From an uncultured Candidatus Saccharibacteria bacterium (GTDB lineage: Bacteria; Patescibacteriota; Minisyncoccia; Phycocordibacterales; Zambryskibacteraceae), in the NCBI GenBank assembly GCA_964355645.1, contig CAYHDI010000001.1:92897-156896 (forward strand): a stretch of DNA of 64,000 nucleotides, given 5' to 3'. Below are positions 38,041-46,700 of the stretch, piece after piece. The first letter of the stretch is position 1, and every line of letters starts with the position of its first letter. The notes beneath the pieces were generated by a model. That model saw only the letters and a program-made list of their open reading frames with translations, did not search any database and had not been told where the DNA came from. A program made the position numbers and the translations under genes.

Positions 38041-39516
38041 CTATCTCACCCCATGTTTCCCTTTTATCTTTTCAATTTCTTTTTCTTCTTCTCCTTCATT
38101 TTTCTTTCTCGCTCCTTCTCCTAATGTTTTTAATTCTTCGAATGGAAGGGAGTGCAACTCTACTACTCTCTTTTCAAGGTAAGTCTCTGTGTTAAGAGTA
38201 GGGTCTTCGAGGATTTCTGAAAGCAAAATTTCTAATATGAAACCAATGTATGGCCCGGGTTTTTCTCCGGTAAATTTCATTATCTTCTCACCATTTACCT
38301 TGAGCTGTTTGGCACTGATTGGGTCGCGCATCACTTCTTCAATCATCGAATGATATTTGCGTAGACGATACGGAGATTCTTTCGGCCTACCTGTGCCTAT
38401 CCTGTCGCAGGCGCGTACGTCCATGAGGTCCCAGATGAGCTCGGGTGAGACGTTCCTGACCATCCTTCTAACCGCAGAGAGTGAAATTTCTTCAGTGTCT
38501 GAGAAGAACATGTGCCAACGTACAAGCTTGGTCACTTTCTCCACGATTTCTTTCGGAAACTTCAAATCTATCAAGATATTCTTGGCTATTTTCGAGCCCA
38601 CCACTTCGTGTCCATAGAAGGTCCATTGTTCATTTTGCCACCTTTTGGTATGCGGTTTGGCTATATCATGCAGGAGTGTGGCCAGCCGAACATGGAGGGG
38701 CAAATTTTTCTTGGCCGAATGATCGAGGGAACGAAGAAGATGTTCCCACACAGTGAAAGCGTGGGCTTGATTCTGCTCAACTCCGATCCCCTTTTCAAAT
38801 TCCGGGGAAATGAATTTCAAAAGTCCAAGACGAGCAGAAAGATCGAGAGCGATAGCCGGCGAATCGGACATAATTATTTTCGTGAACTCATCTCTGATGC
38901 GTTCCTTACTGATATGTTCAAGCAAACTTGCATTTTTTTGTATGGCTTCCTGAGTTTTGTGTTCGATGGAGAAATCCAAAGTGGAAGCGAAGCGCAAAGC
39001 CCGAAGCATCCGCAGGGCGTCTTCATTAAATCTTTCTTCAGGCTTGCCCACAGTGCGAATAGTTTTCTTCTCAATATCTTTTTCACCCTCATACAAGTCG
39101 ATTAGTTTATTATTTTTTATATCATAGGCGAGCGCGTTCACAGTGAAATCTCTACGAGCGAGATCTTCTGCGAGAGTTTTTCCCCACACCACGGAGTCTG
39201 GTCGGCGAAAATCACTATAGACTGACTCCACGCGGAACGGAGTGACTTCGACGACTTTTAGACTTTCTGACTTTTCACTTTCATCTACGACCCCCACAGT
39301 TCCATATTCGTTTTCATAAAAAGTATGAGGAAAAAGTTTTTGGATTTGTTCTGGTGTGGCATTGGTAGTGATGTCCCAATCTTTTGGTTCTCTACCCAAG
39401 ATTAAATCTCGCACACATCCACCCACGACAAAATTTTCGAATCCAGACTTCGAAAGAATTTCTGAAATATTTTTTATTGGTTTAGGAATTTCGAGTTTGT
39501 TTGTTTCTGTTTTCAT
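38041..39516 (-). CDS. cca: CCA tRNA nucleotidyltransferase with HD domain
   Basis: VVGGCVRD..DWDITT, DLARRDFTVNA, EDALRMLRA, LLHDIAKP. Confidence 0.92.
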   Translation of the reverse strand: MKTETNKLEIPKPIKNISEILSKSGFENFVVGGCVRDLILGREPKDWDITTNATPEQIQKLFPHTFYENEYGTVGVVDESEKSESLKVVEVTPFRVESVYSDFRRPDSVVWGKTLAEDLARRDFTVNALAYDIKNNKLIDLYEGEKDIEKKTIRTVGKPEERFNEDALRMLRALRFASTLDFSIEHKTQEAIQKNASLLEHISKERIRDEFTKIIMSDSPAIALDLSARLGLLKFISPEFEKGIGVEQNQAHAFTVWEHLLRSLDHSAKKNLPLHVRLATLLHDIAKPHTKRWQNEQWTFYGHEVVGSKIAKNILIDLKFPKEIVEKVTKLVRWHMFFSDTEEISLSAVRRMVRNVSPELIWDLMDVRACDRIGTGRPKESPYRLRKYHSMIEEVMRDPISAKQLKVNGEKIMKFTGEKPGPYIGFILEILLSEILEDPTLNTETYLEKRVVELHSLPFEELKTLGEGARKKNEGEEEKEIEKIKGKHGVR

Positions 39517-39589
39517 ATTCAGGGTGCCCAGAACTAGATTATAAATCAATTCTGGGCTACCCCGTAGTGAACTTTGTTCTACTTCGGGG

Positions 39590-39660
39590 TGCGGGATGGG
39601 GGAATCGGACTCCCGACTACAGTTTGGAAAACTGTCGTTTTACCACTAAACTAATCCCGC
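39590..39660 (-). tRNA. tRNA-Gly(TCC)
   Basis: Acceptor stem GCGGGAT/ATCCCGC, anticodon loop TTTCCAA; CCA not encoded. Confidence 0.92.
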
Positions 39661-39672
39661 ATTGGTATTCTT

Positions 39673-39743
39673 TCGGGGCGCCGAGAATCGAACTCGGACC
39701 ACATGCTCCCAAAGCAAGTATACTACCACTATACTACGCCCCG
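39673..39743 (-). tRNA. tRNA-Pro(TGG)
   Basis: Acceptor stem CGGGGCG/CGCCCCG, loop TTTGGGA, GTTCGA T-loop. Confidence 0.93.
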
Positions 39744-39757
39744 TTTATATTCATCTT

Positions 39758-39828
39758 TCGGGCTGCCGGGACTCGAACCCGGGTCTCACGAACCCGAATC
39801 GTGAATAATACCTCTATAATACAGCCCG
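39758..39828 (-). tRNA. tRNA-Pro(CGG)
   Basis: Acceptor stem CGGGCTG/CAGCCCG, CACGA-TTCGGGT-TCGTG anticodon arm. Confidence 0.92.
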
Positions 39829-39916
39829 TAGGAATTTATCCTAGCATGGAGAAGGTTATTTACCAAAGAAAAATAAACTCGATTTTTTTCGTAAGATAAG
39901 ATATTATCATCTAACT

Positions 39917-39987
39917 GCGGGTATGGTTCAGTGGTAGAACAACTGGTTGCCAATCAGTAGATGGGAGTCCGATTCTCCCTACCCGCA
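39917..39987 (+). tRNA. tRNA-Gly(GCC)
   Basis: Acceptor stem GCGGGTA/TACCCGC, ACTGG-TTGCCAA-TCAGT anticodon arm. Confidence 0.93.
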
Positions 39988-40012
39988 CTGAGAAAAATAT
40001 ACTAATATCGAT

Positions 40013-40087
40013 TGGTGCCCCCGCTAGGACTCGAACCTAGAACGACTGCTTCGAAGGCAGTTATGATATCCATTTCACTACGGGAGC
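40013..40087 (-). tRNA. tRNA-Arg(TCG)
   Basis: ACTGC-CTTCGAA-GCAGT anticodon arm, GGTTCGAGTCC, encoded CCA. Confidence 0.93.
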
Positions 40088-40138
40088 AGTGAGTTTTGTT
40101 TATAATACGCTATTAAAAACTTTTGCCAAGCAAGAGCT

Positions 40139-40474
40139 TTGGTGATGAAGGCTTTTCACTATCATATTCTCAACAATCTCATCATAGATGAATATAGAAA
40201 GCACAAGACGATGTCTCTCGATGTGCTCATCGAAAAAGGATTTGAACCAAAGGACAATGAAGCCGAACGCCCGTTTGACATGTTGGCTGGCAAGACGGCT
40301 CTCCTTCTTATCCAACAACTTCCGTTAAATTATCAAAAAGTGATGCGTATGAAGTTTGTCCAAGATCTCTCGCTCGAGGAGATGTCTCTTATCACTGGTC
40401 AAACAAAGAACACTATCGCAGTGCAAATACACCGAGGCCTTGCTAAACTCAGATTATTATATAACCCAGTTTAA
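40139..40474 (+). pseudogene. N-terminally truncated ECF sigma factor
   Basis: YHILNNLIIDEYRK (end of region 2) and QQLP..LSLEEMS..AVQIHRG (region 4); start of region 2 absent. Confidence 0.7.
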
Positions 40475-40479
40475 CGGCC

Positions 40480-40923
40480 CTAAATAATGATGTTTTCTAA
40501 CATCTCAACTCTCGCCTTTCGGTTTGTCTGATCAATTTTGACCGTGATTATGTCTAATTGCCAATCCATATTGTCCAAACGCTTTTCAAGAATGTAAGTC
40601 TGAATCGCACGAGCCAAACGTTTTAGTTTTTGTGGGTGAACGTTCTCCTCTGGCCTATAACCAGCTTCATGAATAACATTAGCAGGCAATGTTACACAAG
40701 AAACACTCTTTACCTCTACAAAACGGATAATCCCCTTCCTTTTAGCAATAATATCAAGCTCGCCCCATTTGCGTAGGTAATTCCTATCAAGAATCTCAAA
40801 CCCGTGCCTTTTTAAGTAATCACAAGCGATATTTTCGCCGATATCGCCTAATTTTCTCTTTTCAGTCCGATTATCGGGTTTCGGGCTTGCCCTGAGCTTG
40901 TCGAAGGGTTTCATGAATAACAT
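40480..40923 (-). CDS. yraN: YraN-family (UPF0102) nuclease-like protein (start uncertain)
   Basis: LGDIGENIACDYL..GFEILDRNY..GELDIIA..FVEVK. Confidence 0.9.
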   Translation of the reverse strand: MLFMKPFDKLRASPKPDNRTEKRKLGDIGENIACDYLKRHGFEILDRNYLRKWGELDIIAKRKGIIRFVEVKSVSCVTLPANVIHEAGYRPEENVHPQKLKRLARAIQTYILEKRLDNMDWQLDIITVKIDQTNRKARVEMLENIII

Positions 40924-40948
40924 AAAGTTAAATGTTTCACGTGAAGAC
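40663..40948. promoter_or_regulatory. Cluster of degenerate parS-like palindromes
   Basis: TGTTACACAAGAAACA 40690-705, TGTTTCACGTGAAGAC 40933-48, weaker copies at 40663-78 and 40907-22, compared with consensus TGTTNCACGTGAAACA. Confidence 0.5.
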
Positions 40949-41114
40949 GCTTTATGTATATATGGCCAAGATTAAGGATGAAAAGGGCAATAATTGTTAT
41001 GGACATGTCTTTAATACACAGTTTCCCCACACTTATCCACAGTTATAAAGTTTTGTGTTCTAGTAATCCCTAAAATTAAGGATTTTTTGGCACTTTTTGA
41101 TTTTAGCATGAAAA

Positions 41115-41430
41115 TTTAAAGGACAAACAAAAACCGCCGGCGGGGCGATCCGCGGCGGGTGTCCACGACCGCTTTGCGGTCGGGAAGAAAGATAAGCCCC
41201 AGAACGAACTAGTGAGGCGAAGGATAAACTCAATCGCATAATTAAAGGTGAGGATTGGTGTCCTCCACCATACATAGTTCAAACCAGGCACTCCTTTCGG
41301 GGGAGTCGTACGACTCCCAATATATATTCGTCGACGTTTGTGCGATGCACCCGCCAGATCTTGTCGCTCAAGAGGAGAAACTTTCACCAGAGGAAGCGTC
41401 TGTACATAGTATACATCTTTAAAGGACAAA
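41115..41430. other. GC-rich structured non-coding segment bounded by 13-bp direct repeats (candidate ncRNA)
   Basis: TTTAAAGGACAAA at 41115-27 and 41418-30; several hairpins; perfect DnaA boxes outside at 41033-41 and 41446-54. Confidence 0.45.
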
Positions 41431-41485
41431 TAATTAAAACAAAACTGTGGATAACGAAATTATTTTGTCTCTTAAATATATGGCT

Positions 41486-42265
41486 CTATTTAAGGGTTAA
41501 TTTGATAGGACAGTGATCTGAACCGAGAATGTTGTCAAGGATTTCCATGGATTCAATATTTTTCATCATTTCAAGTGAGGCAAAAAAGTAATCAATTCTC
41601 CAACCGACATTTCTTTCTCGAGCGAAAGTTTTCATATCCCAATATGTATAAGCCTCAGTTTTCTTCGGATTAAAATGTCTGAAAACATCTGTCCATCCAT
41701 GTGAGATTAACTTATCCATCCAAGCCCGTTCGATAGGGAGGAAGCCGACATGTGTTTCATTTTCTTTTGGTCTCGCAAGGTCTATGGCTGTATGGGCCAC
41801 ATTCACATCTCCACAAAAGATGATATTCGGCTGTTTCTTGTGTAACTCATCTATGAATTTTAGAAAATGGTCATAAAAATCAAGTTTATAGTGCAATCTT
41901 TCTGAAGCACCGCCTCCGTTGGGAAAATAACAGTTTATAAGTGAAAAATCCTTATAATGAGCCACAATTAAACGTCCTTCTTGGTCCATTTCCTTTATTC
42001 CAAGGTCGTTGGCTACCCCAATCGGCTCTTCTCTTGAATATATAGCTACTCCGCTGTAGCCTTTCTTGAGAGTAGGGAAGTGAAAGTAGGAATAGAAACC
42101 TTTCGGCGAACGAGCTTCGTCCGGAAGTTGTTCAGGCAAAGTTTTCGTTTCTTGAATACACAAGATATCAGGATTTTCCTCGAGGATTCGGTCAAAGGCC
42201 CCTTTCTTGTGCACTGCTCGCAGACCGTTCACGTTCCAAGAGATGATAGATAGATTTTTCTTCAT
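41486..42265 (-). CDS. xth: Exodeoxyribonuclease III (AP endonuclease)
   Basis: SWNVNGLRA, LCIQETK, GYSGVA, GDVNVAH, GWRIDY, GSDHCP. Confidence 0.96.
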   Translation of the reverse strand: MKKNLSIISWNVNGLRAVHKKGAFDRILEENPDILCIQETKTLPEQLPDEARSPKGFYSYFHFPTLKKGYSGVAIYSREEPIGVANDLGIKEMDQEGRLIVAHYKDFSLINCYFPNGGGASERLHYKLDFYDHFLKFIDELHKKQPNIIFCGDVNVAHTAIDLARPKENETHVGFLPIERAWMDKLISHGWTDVFRHFNPKKTEAYTYWDMKTFARERNVGWRIDYFFASLEMMKNIESMEILDNILGSDHCPIKLTLK

Positions 42266-42371
42266 GTTTTAATTCTAGCACGCGCGAACTGTGGATATAA
42301 AACGGCTCGCTTTTGTTCTAAAGATGTTAAACTAAATGTAGTTATAAATATTTTAATCTAAAGAACTTTTC

Positions 42372-43016
42372 ATGGAATCAAACAATCAATTTTCTCCAAT
42401 TCCAAACCCAGTCCCCCAACCAATCATCGCCGAAGGCGGGACCTCGCCAAAGGCGATGGCTCCTTCATATACACCTACGCCCGCATCATCTCCCGCGCCT
42501 CAAATGAAACCAGAGATGAAATCTATTTCGACTGGGACGAGTAGTATGTCGAGTCCAATTTGGCTTGGAGTGGCTGTGATAATTATTCTCATCGTCGCTT
42601 ATTTCTTGTGGAGTTCTTCAGGCAATAAAGTCAACAAAACAACTTTTAGTTCTGAAAATGTAGTAGTGAAAACAACCAACGTAGCTGTAGCGACTGAAGC
42701 AGAAAAGTTGCCGGCCGGATTCCTCAAATCAATTCCTGTGGAGACAACCTACATCACCGAAAGCACCACTCTGACTTATCCAGAGAGAAAAGCCGTTTTG
42801 TATTCCGTATCTTATTTCTCAACCAAACAACAACAAGAAATTTTTACCATATACGGAAATTTCTTAAAGGAAAATGGATACAAAATCACTAACACCAACA
42901 AATCGGCGAGTTATATGATGTATCAAGCAACGAAAGATAATAATGATATCACCGTGGTCATCACTCCTCAACCAGACCGAATAATGGTTCAAGTCAGCTA
43001 CGTGGTGAGAGGGTAA
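42372..43016 (+). CDS. Single-TM hypothetical protein
   Basis: Pro-rich N-terminus, one TM, LPAGF..IP extracellular domain. Confidence 0.7.
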   Translation: MESNNQFSPIPNPVPQPIIAEGGTSPKAMAPSYTPTPASSPAPQMKPEMKSISTGTSSMSSPIWLGVAVIIILIVAYFLWSSSGNKVNKTTFSSENVVVKTTNVAVATEAEKLPAGFLKSIPVETTYITESTTLTYPERKAVLYSVSYFSTKQQQEIFTIYGNFLKENGYKITNTNKSASYMMYQATKDNNDITVVITPQPDRIMVQVSYVVRG

Positions 43017-43061
43017 AAAAGTAGAAAGTAATTAGTAAACAGCAAACGAAAAGTTTGATTA

Positions 43062-43091
43062 TTAAAACAGCCCAAAATAGGGCTGTTTTAA
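43062..43091. terminator. Bidirectional intrinsic terminator
   Basis: TTAAAACAGCCC/GGGCTGTTTTAA stem. Confidence 0.7.
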
Positions 43092-43122
43092 GGCTGAATC
43101 CTGTGCACAGGAAAGATTGAAT

Positions 43123-44101
43123 TAAGCAACATCATATCAGACACTCTTTAATCTTTTCCTTAGGTGTTAAGCCGTTAATTCCCAAATGTTCACGTTCATT
43201 GTTATACCAATCAATATAGACTTGTCTCTTTAAATCAAGATCCTCAAGGGTTTTGAATGATACTTGATTCCAGAATTCTTCTCTATCTGTCCGGTGGCTT
43301 CTTTCCACCTTGCCATTCTGAGATGGTTTGCCCGGTTGAATCAGATAATGAATGATTTTGTTTTTAAGACAAGTTTGATCAAACAAATGTTTCTTTCTTG
43401 CACCCAGGCTCTTGTATGCTCCAACATATCTATTAGTGAAGATGGAACCGTTATCTGTCTTAACCCCCAGGACTTTGAATGGGGCGTGTTTAATCACTTC
43501 ATCCAGAAATCTCGAAGCATTTAATGAATGTTGTTCCGAATAAAACTTCAAGAATCTCCATCTGGTGCAGCAATCTATAGCCGTGAACTGAAAGATCCAT
43601 TTATCTTTATATCTCTTCATTAAAGCCACATCTATCTCTATAAGTTCTCCAGGAACCAAACTCTTCGGTTTCCAGATATCAGTTCTAGGTATTCGTCTCT
43701 TGGTTCGTACTAACTTCTCACGTTTCAAGACTTTATGTATTCCTCTGGCACTCATCACAGTTCCTTCTTTCAAGAGTCTGAATCTAATTTTTTGAGCACA
43801 GAAATTGTGTTCACTTCTAATTTCTCGTATTCTTTGAACTATATGTATTGGAGTGGTATGAGGATGAGAGTGATGAGCTCTGGATTTCTCCTTGAGACCA
43901 GTTAATCCATTCTTGAGATAACTCCTCTTCCATCTATGCAAAGTATCTCGGCAGAACCCAGAACGTTGGCTTAACTCTGTGATTGATAAATTTCCTTCAA
44001 AATGAAGCTTGAGCCAACGTTCCCGTTCGCTGGCAATCAATATATCTGTTTTTCTTATCATCTTAACCATAGTTTTACACTGTCTGAGATGATGGTACAC
44101 A
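43123..44101 (-). mobile_element. IS481-family insertion sequence
   Basis: Inverted repeat core CATCATATCAGACA (43130-43) / TGTCTGAGATGATG (44081-94); TGT end at 44101; other outer end degenerate. Confidence 0.8.
43132..44070 (-). CDS. IS481-family DDE transposase
   Basis: N-terminal HTH, PGELIEIDV, FTAIDCCTR, TDNGSIF, PSQNGKVERSHRT; start taken inside the inverted repeat. Confidence 0.9.
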   Translation of the reverse strand: MVKMIRKTDILIASERERWLKLHFEGNLSITELSQRSGFCRDTLHRWKRSYLKNGLTGLKEKSRAHHSHPHTTPIHIVQRIREIRSEHNFCAQKIRFRLLKEGTVMSARGIHKVLKREKLVRTKRRIPRTDIWKPKSLVPGELIEIDVALMKRYKDKWIFQFTAIDCCTRWRFLKFYSEQHSLNASRFLDEVIKHAPFKVLGVKTDNGSIFTNRYVGAYKSLGARKKHLFDQTCLKNKIIHYLIQPGKPSQNGKVERSHRTDREEFWNQVSFKTLEDLDLKRQVYIDWYNNEREHLGINGLTPKEKIKECLI

Positions 44102-44345
44102 ATACCATTTACACTTGCTTTATTTTCAATTAGTGGTAGTTTAACAATCAGAGCGGTTCCCTTATTCAGGAGTTCAGATGACCAAATCTCAAGAGAATTG
44201 TCATGATGAAGATATTGGCAAACTTGGTCAGAATCCATTTGCTGTAGCAGATGATCCGCCGGATTCTGATCAGATTCTCAAGCAACTCATGGTCGATTAC
44301 TAGAGGTTCCGTATGAACCTCTTTTTTGTTAGTATGTCTGTATAT

Positions 44346-45602
44346 ATGAAATCTTTGACCAAATTTGGAGTAGAATTTCATCACGAAGTTTTAAGGAATG
44401 GGGTAAATCTTTTCTTGTTCAAAAGGAAGGGCATGCCTATTTATATAAGGGCCACTTTTTTTGCTGGTTCGCGTTTCGATTCAATCCACGGTACGGCACA
44501 TTTCTATGAACACATGCTCGTAGCTGGTACAAAAAAATTTCCCTCAAAAAATTTAATTGCAGACTATATTCAAAAAGTTGGAGGAGAATTTGGAGCGAGT
44601 ACCAGTAATACAATTTTGAAATTCAATGTAGAAATACCCGAGGCTAAGGATTTGGAGACAGGAATAGAAATTATGAGAGAGTGCCTGGTCAACTCGCTTT
44701 TTGATCCCAAGACTATCGAAACCGAAAGAGGCTCGATTATTTCTGAACTTAATGCGAAAAAAACAAACCCAAACGAATATGTTTTTGAAGTATTTTCTAG
44801 AATCGCCTTTCAAGACACGGCTCTTGAGAACAGTGTTCTGGGTACAGAAGCTGAGGTTAAGACAATTAAAAAAGACGATCTTTTAAATTTTGGATCCAAG
44901 TTTATACATTCAGGCAATCTCGCTTTTGTTGCCAGTGGAGATATCAATATTGATGAATTAAAAACAGCACTCGAAAGTATTCATATTCCAGAAGGAAAAA
45001 AATTTGAAGTAGAAAACCAGATACCAACAATAAAAACCCGAAATTCAGAGATTGAATTTTACTCTGGAGTTAAACAGCTACAAGTAATTTTTGGCTGCCG
45101 TACATCCATTGAAACATTTAAGGAATATTGTGCTTTAAGAGTTTTAAACAATGTTCTTGGGGGCGGGAGGGGTTCTCGGTTGATAACCAAACTTCGTTAT
45201 GAAAATGGTTTGGTATATTCAGTCTCAAGTAATATTCTTGAATCTGCTGATTGGGGAATGTTCAGAATAAGGTTATCTTGTGATAAGGATAATTTTAAAC
45301 TGGCGAAGCAGTTAATTTTAGATGAATTCGATAATTTAAAACAGAACAATATTACTACAGAAGAATTGGAGAACAACAAATCTAAAATCTCGAAAGGCTC
45401 AATTCGAGATTTGCAAACATCGATTTCTTGGGTTAATAATCACGAAACAGATTCTATTTTTAACCCAGAAGCTTTAAATACTATTGAAGACCATATTAAA
45501 ATGATAGAAAACCTGACGTTGGATGATATAAGTATGGTGATAAAAAAATATCTAAGAGAAGAAAACTTTTATACCGCTATTTGTGGAGATTATAAAAAGT
45601 AG
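44346..45602 (+). CDS. M16 (insulinase/pitrilysin) family Zn peptidase
   Basis: GTAHFYEHM inverted HxxEH, ETERGSIISE, LGGGRGSRLITKLRYENGLVY. Confidence 0.92.
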   Translation: MKSLTKFGVEFHHEVLRNGVNLFLFKRKGMPIYIRATFFAGSRFDSIHGTAHFYEHMLVAGTKKFPSKNLIADYIQKVGGEFGASTSNTILKFNVEIPEAKDLETGIEIMRECLVNSLFDPKTIETERGSIISELNAKKTNPNEYVFEVFSRIAFQDTALENSVLGTEAEVKTIKKDDLLNFGSKFIHSGNLAFVASGDINIDELKTALESIHIPEGKKFEVENQIPTIKTRNSEIEFYSGVKQLQVIFGCRTSIETFKEYCALRVLNNVLGGGRGSRLITKLRYENGLVYSVSSNILESADWGMFRIRLSCDKDNFKLAKQLILDEFDNLKQNNITTEELENNKSKISKGSIRDLQTSISWVNNHETDSIFNPEALNTIEDHIKMIENLTLDDISMVIKKYLREENFYTAICGDYKK

Positions 45603-45629
45603 AACCCCCCAGCTTACGCCAAGGGGTTC
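45602..45629 (-). terminator. Terminator after the acidic peptide gene
   Basis: GAACCCC/GGGGTTC stem, T-run follows on the minus strand. Confidence 0.5.
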
Positions 45630-45654
45630 GACAATACCGCTGACCGCAGCTACT

Positions 45655-45756
45655 TTACGACGCCGGGGAATCAGCGTCGGAATCCTCGCTGTAGTCATCG
45701 CTGCTGACGTCATCGACGTCCGCATCGTTGGCGCTGTCGCCATCGTCTGCCATCAT
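45655..45756 (-). CDS. 33-aa highly acidic peptide
   Basis: MMADDGDSANDADVDDVSSDDYSEDSDADSPAS; GAGAGG SD, TATAAT upstream, terminator downstream; not in ORF track. Confidence 0.6.
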   Translation of the reverse strand: MMADDGDSANDADVDDVSSDDYSEDSDADSPAS

Positions 45757-45872
45757 GATACACCTCTCGAGAGGATTGGGCAGTTTTCCACGCTTCCCTG
45801 ATGTGGGGAGATCGCAGAGGGAGCAAAGATCACTCCTACTTTCAGATTATACCCGTATGGCTTTTTGTCAAT

Positions 45873-45897
45873 ATCCAACACGCGGGCCCTTTTTGTT
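45873..45897 (+). repeat. 25-bp direct repeat, copy 1
   Basis: ATCCAACACGCGGGCCCTTTTTGTT, 23/25 identical to 47033-47057. Confidence 0.8.
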
Positions 45898-46147
45898 ATT
45901 TAATTTTTTCTATCTCTTTTGGTTTAATCAATTTTATATCAATAATTTGTTTAGTTTTAATATCAAGATAATCAACGACGGTATTATTCATGGCGTTAAA
46001 ACCTATACGAAAAGTTTTTTCATTTTCCTTCATTAATACCCCAACACATTTATACTTATTTTTATCGGCATCAAGCGCGGTCAACTCAATCACAATATTA
46101 TTTTTTTTGTTTTCTGGGCTGAATTTTGGAATAGGTTTTGCTTTCAT
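45896..46147 (-). CDS. Small beta-rich hypothetical protein (Sm/SH3-like pattern)
   Basis: KCVGVLMKENEKTFRI..LDIKTKQIIDIKLI. Confidence 0.55.
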   Translation of the reverse strand: MKAKPIPKFSPENKKNNIVIELTALDADKNKYKCVGVLMKENEKTFRIGFNAMNNTVVDYLDIKTKQIIDIKLIKPKEIEKIK

Positions 46148-46153
46148 AATTAA

Positions 46154-46645
46154 TTAAATAATTTTTATTTCAGTAATAAACGATTTCGGTATCATATAAT
46201 ATTTTGGTTTTTTCTGTGGATGATTTTTAATTGGTAATGGATGTGTTTTAATGGTTTCCGGATTTTTTAATACTAAATAAGAATTTGTTGCCTTATATAA
46301 AATACCCTCGGAGTACATAATCGAACAATCCCTCTTGGGCATATTTGCAATATAAACAATATCTCGCCATACAACGGATATATTCGACCCGATTTTAATT
46401 TTCTGTAGCCCTTGAATTTCAAAGTTTTTGTTTAAAGAAGTCAGCGCATTTGCTGGAATTATTAATCCTTTAATTATTTGTTTGTTATCTTTGTTTTTAG
46501 ATATTTGTTTTATGAATTCAATGGTTATGTTTTTCTTGCTTTTTCTCATATACCCATATGCTTCATGAATAGACAGTTTTGTAGGTAAATTCTTATTATA
46601 AAAATAAGATGCGTCAATGTATTTTATGTTAGATATTTTTTCCAT
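46154..46645 (-). CDS. Hypothetical protein with two tandem Sm/SH3-like repeats
   Basis: True start MEKISN after a terminator; repeats IKYIDA..AYGY..IIPANAL and VVWRDI..SEGIL..MIPKSFI. Confidence 0.55.
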   Translation of the reverse strand: MEKISNIKYIDASYFYNKNLPTKLSIHEAYGYMRKSKKNITIEFIKQISKNKDNKQIIKGLIIPANALTSLNKNFEIQGLQKIKIGSNISVVWRDIVYIANMPKRDCSIMYSEGILYKATNSYLVLKNPETIKTHPLPIKNHPQKKPKYYMIPKSFITEIKII

Positions 46646-46658
46646 ATACTTTAATAAT

Positions 46659-46694
46659 AAACCCGGGGAGGATGATAATCTATCCTCCCCGGTT
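46659..46694 (-). terminator. Terminator after the 66-aa peptide gene
   Basis: AACCGGGGAGGAT/ATCCTCCCCGGTT 13-bp stem. Confidence 0.75.
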
Positions 46695-46700
46695 GTGCTG

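Noticed and set aside
41115-41430. tmRNA, RNase P RNA or SRP RNA; also the 108-aa and 71-aa ORFs
   Set aside because: TCCACCA at 41264-70 is not preceded by a T-arm; no GAGGAAAGTCC or SRP loop motif is present; the ORFs have no recognisable features.
43132-44238. 368-aa transposase start at 44238
   Set aside because: That start lies outside the IS inverted repeat (44081-44101); the ATG at 44070 fits.
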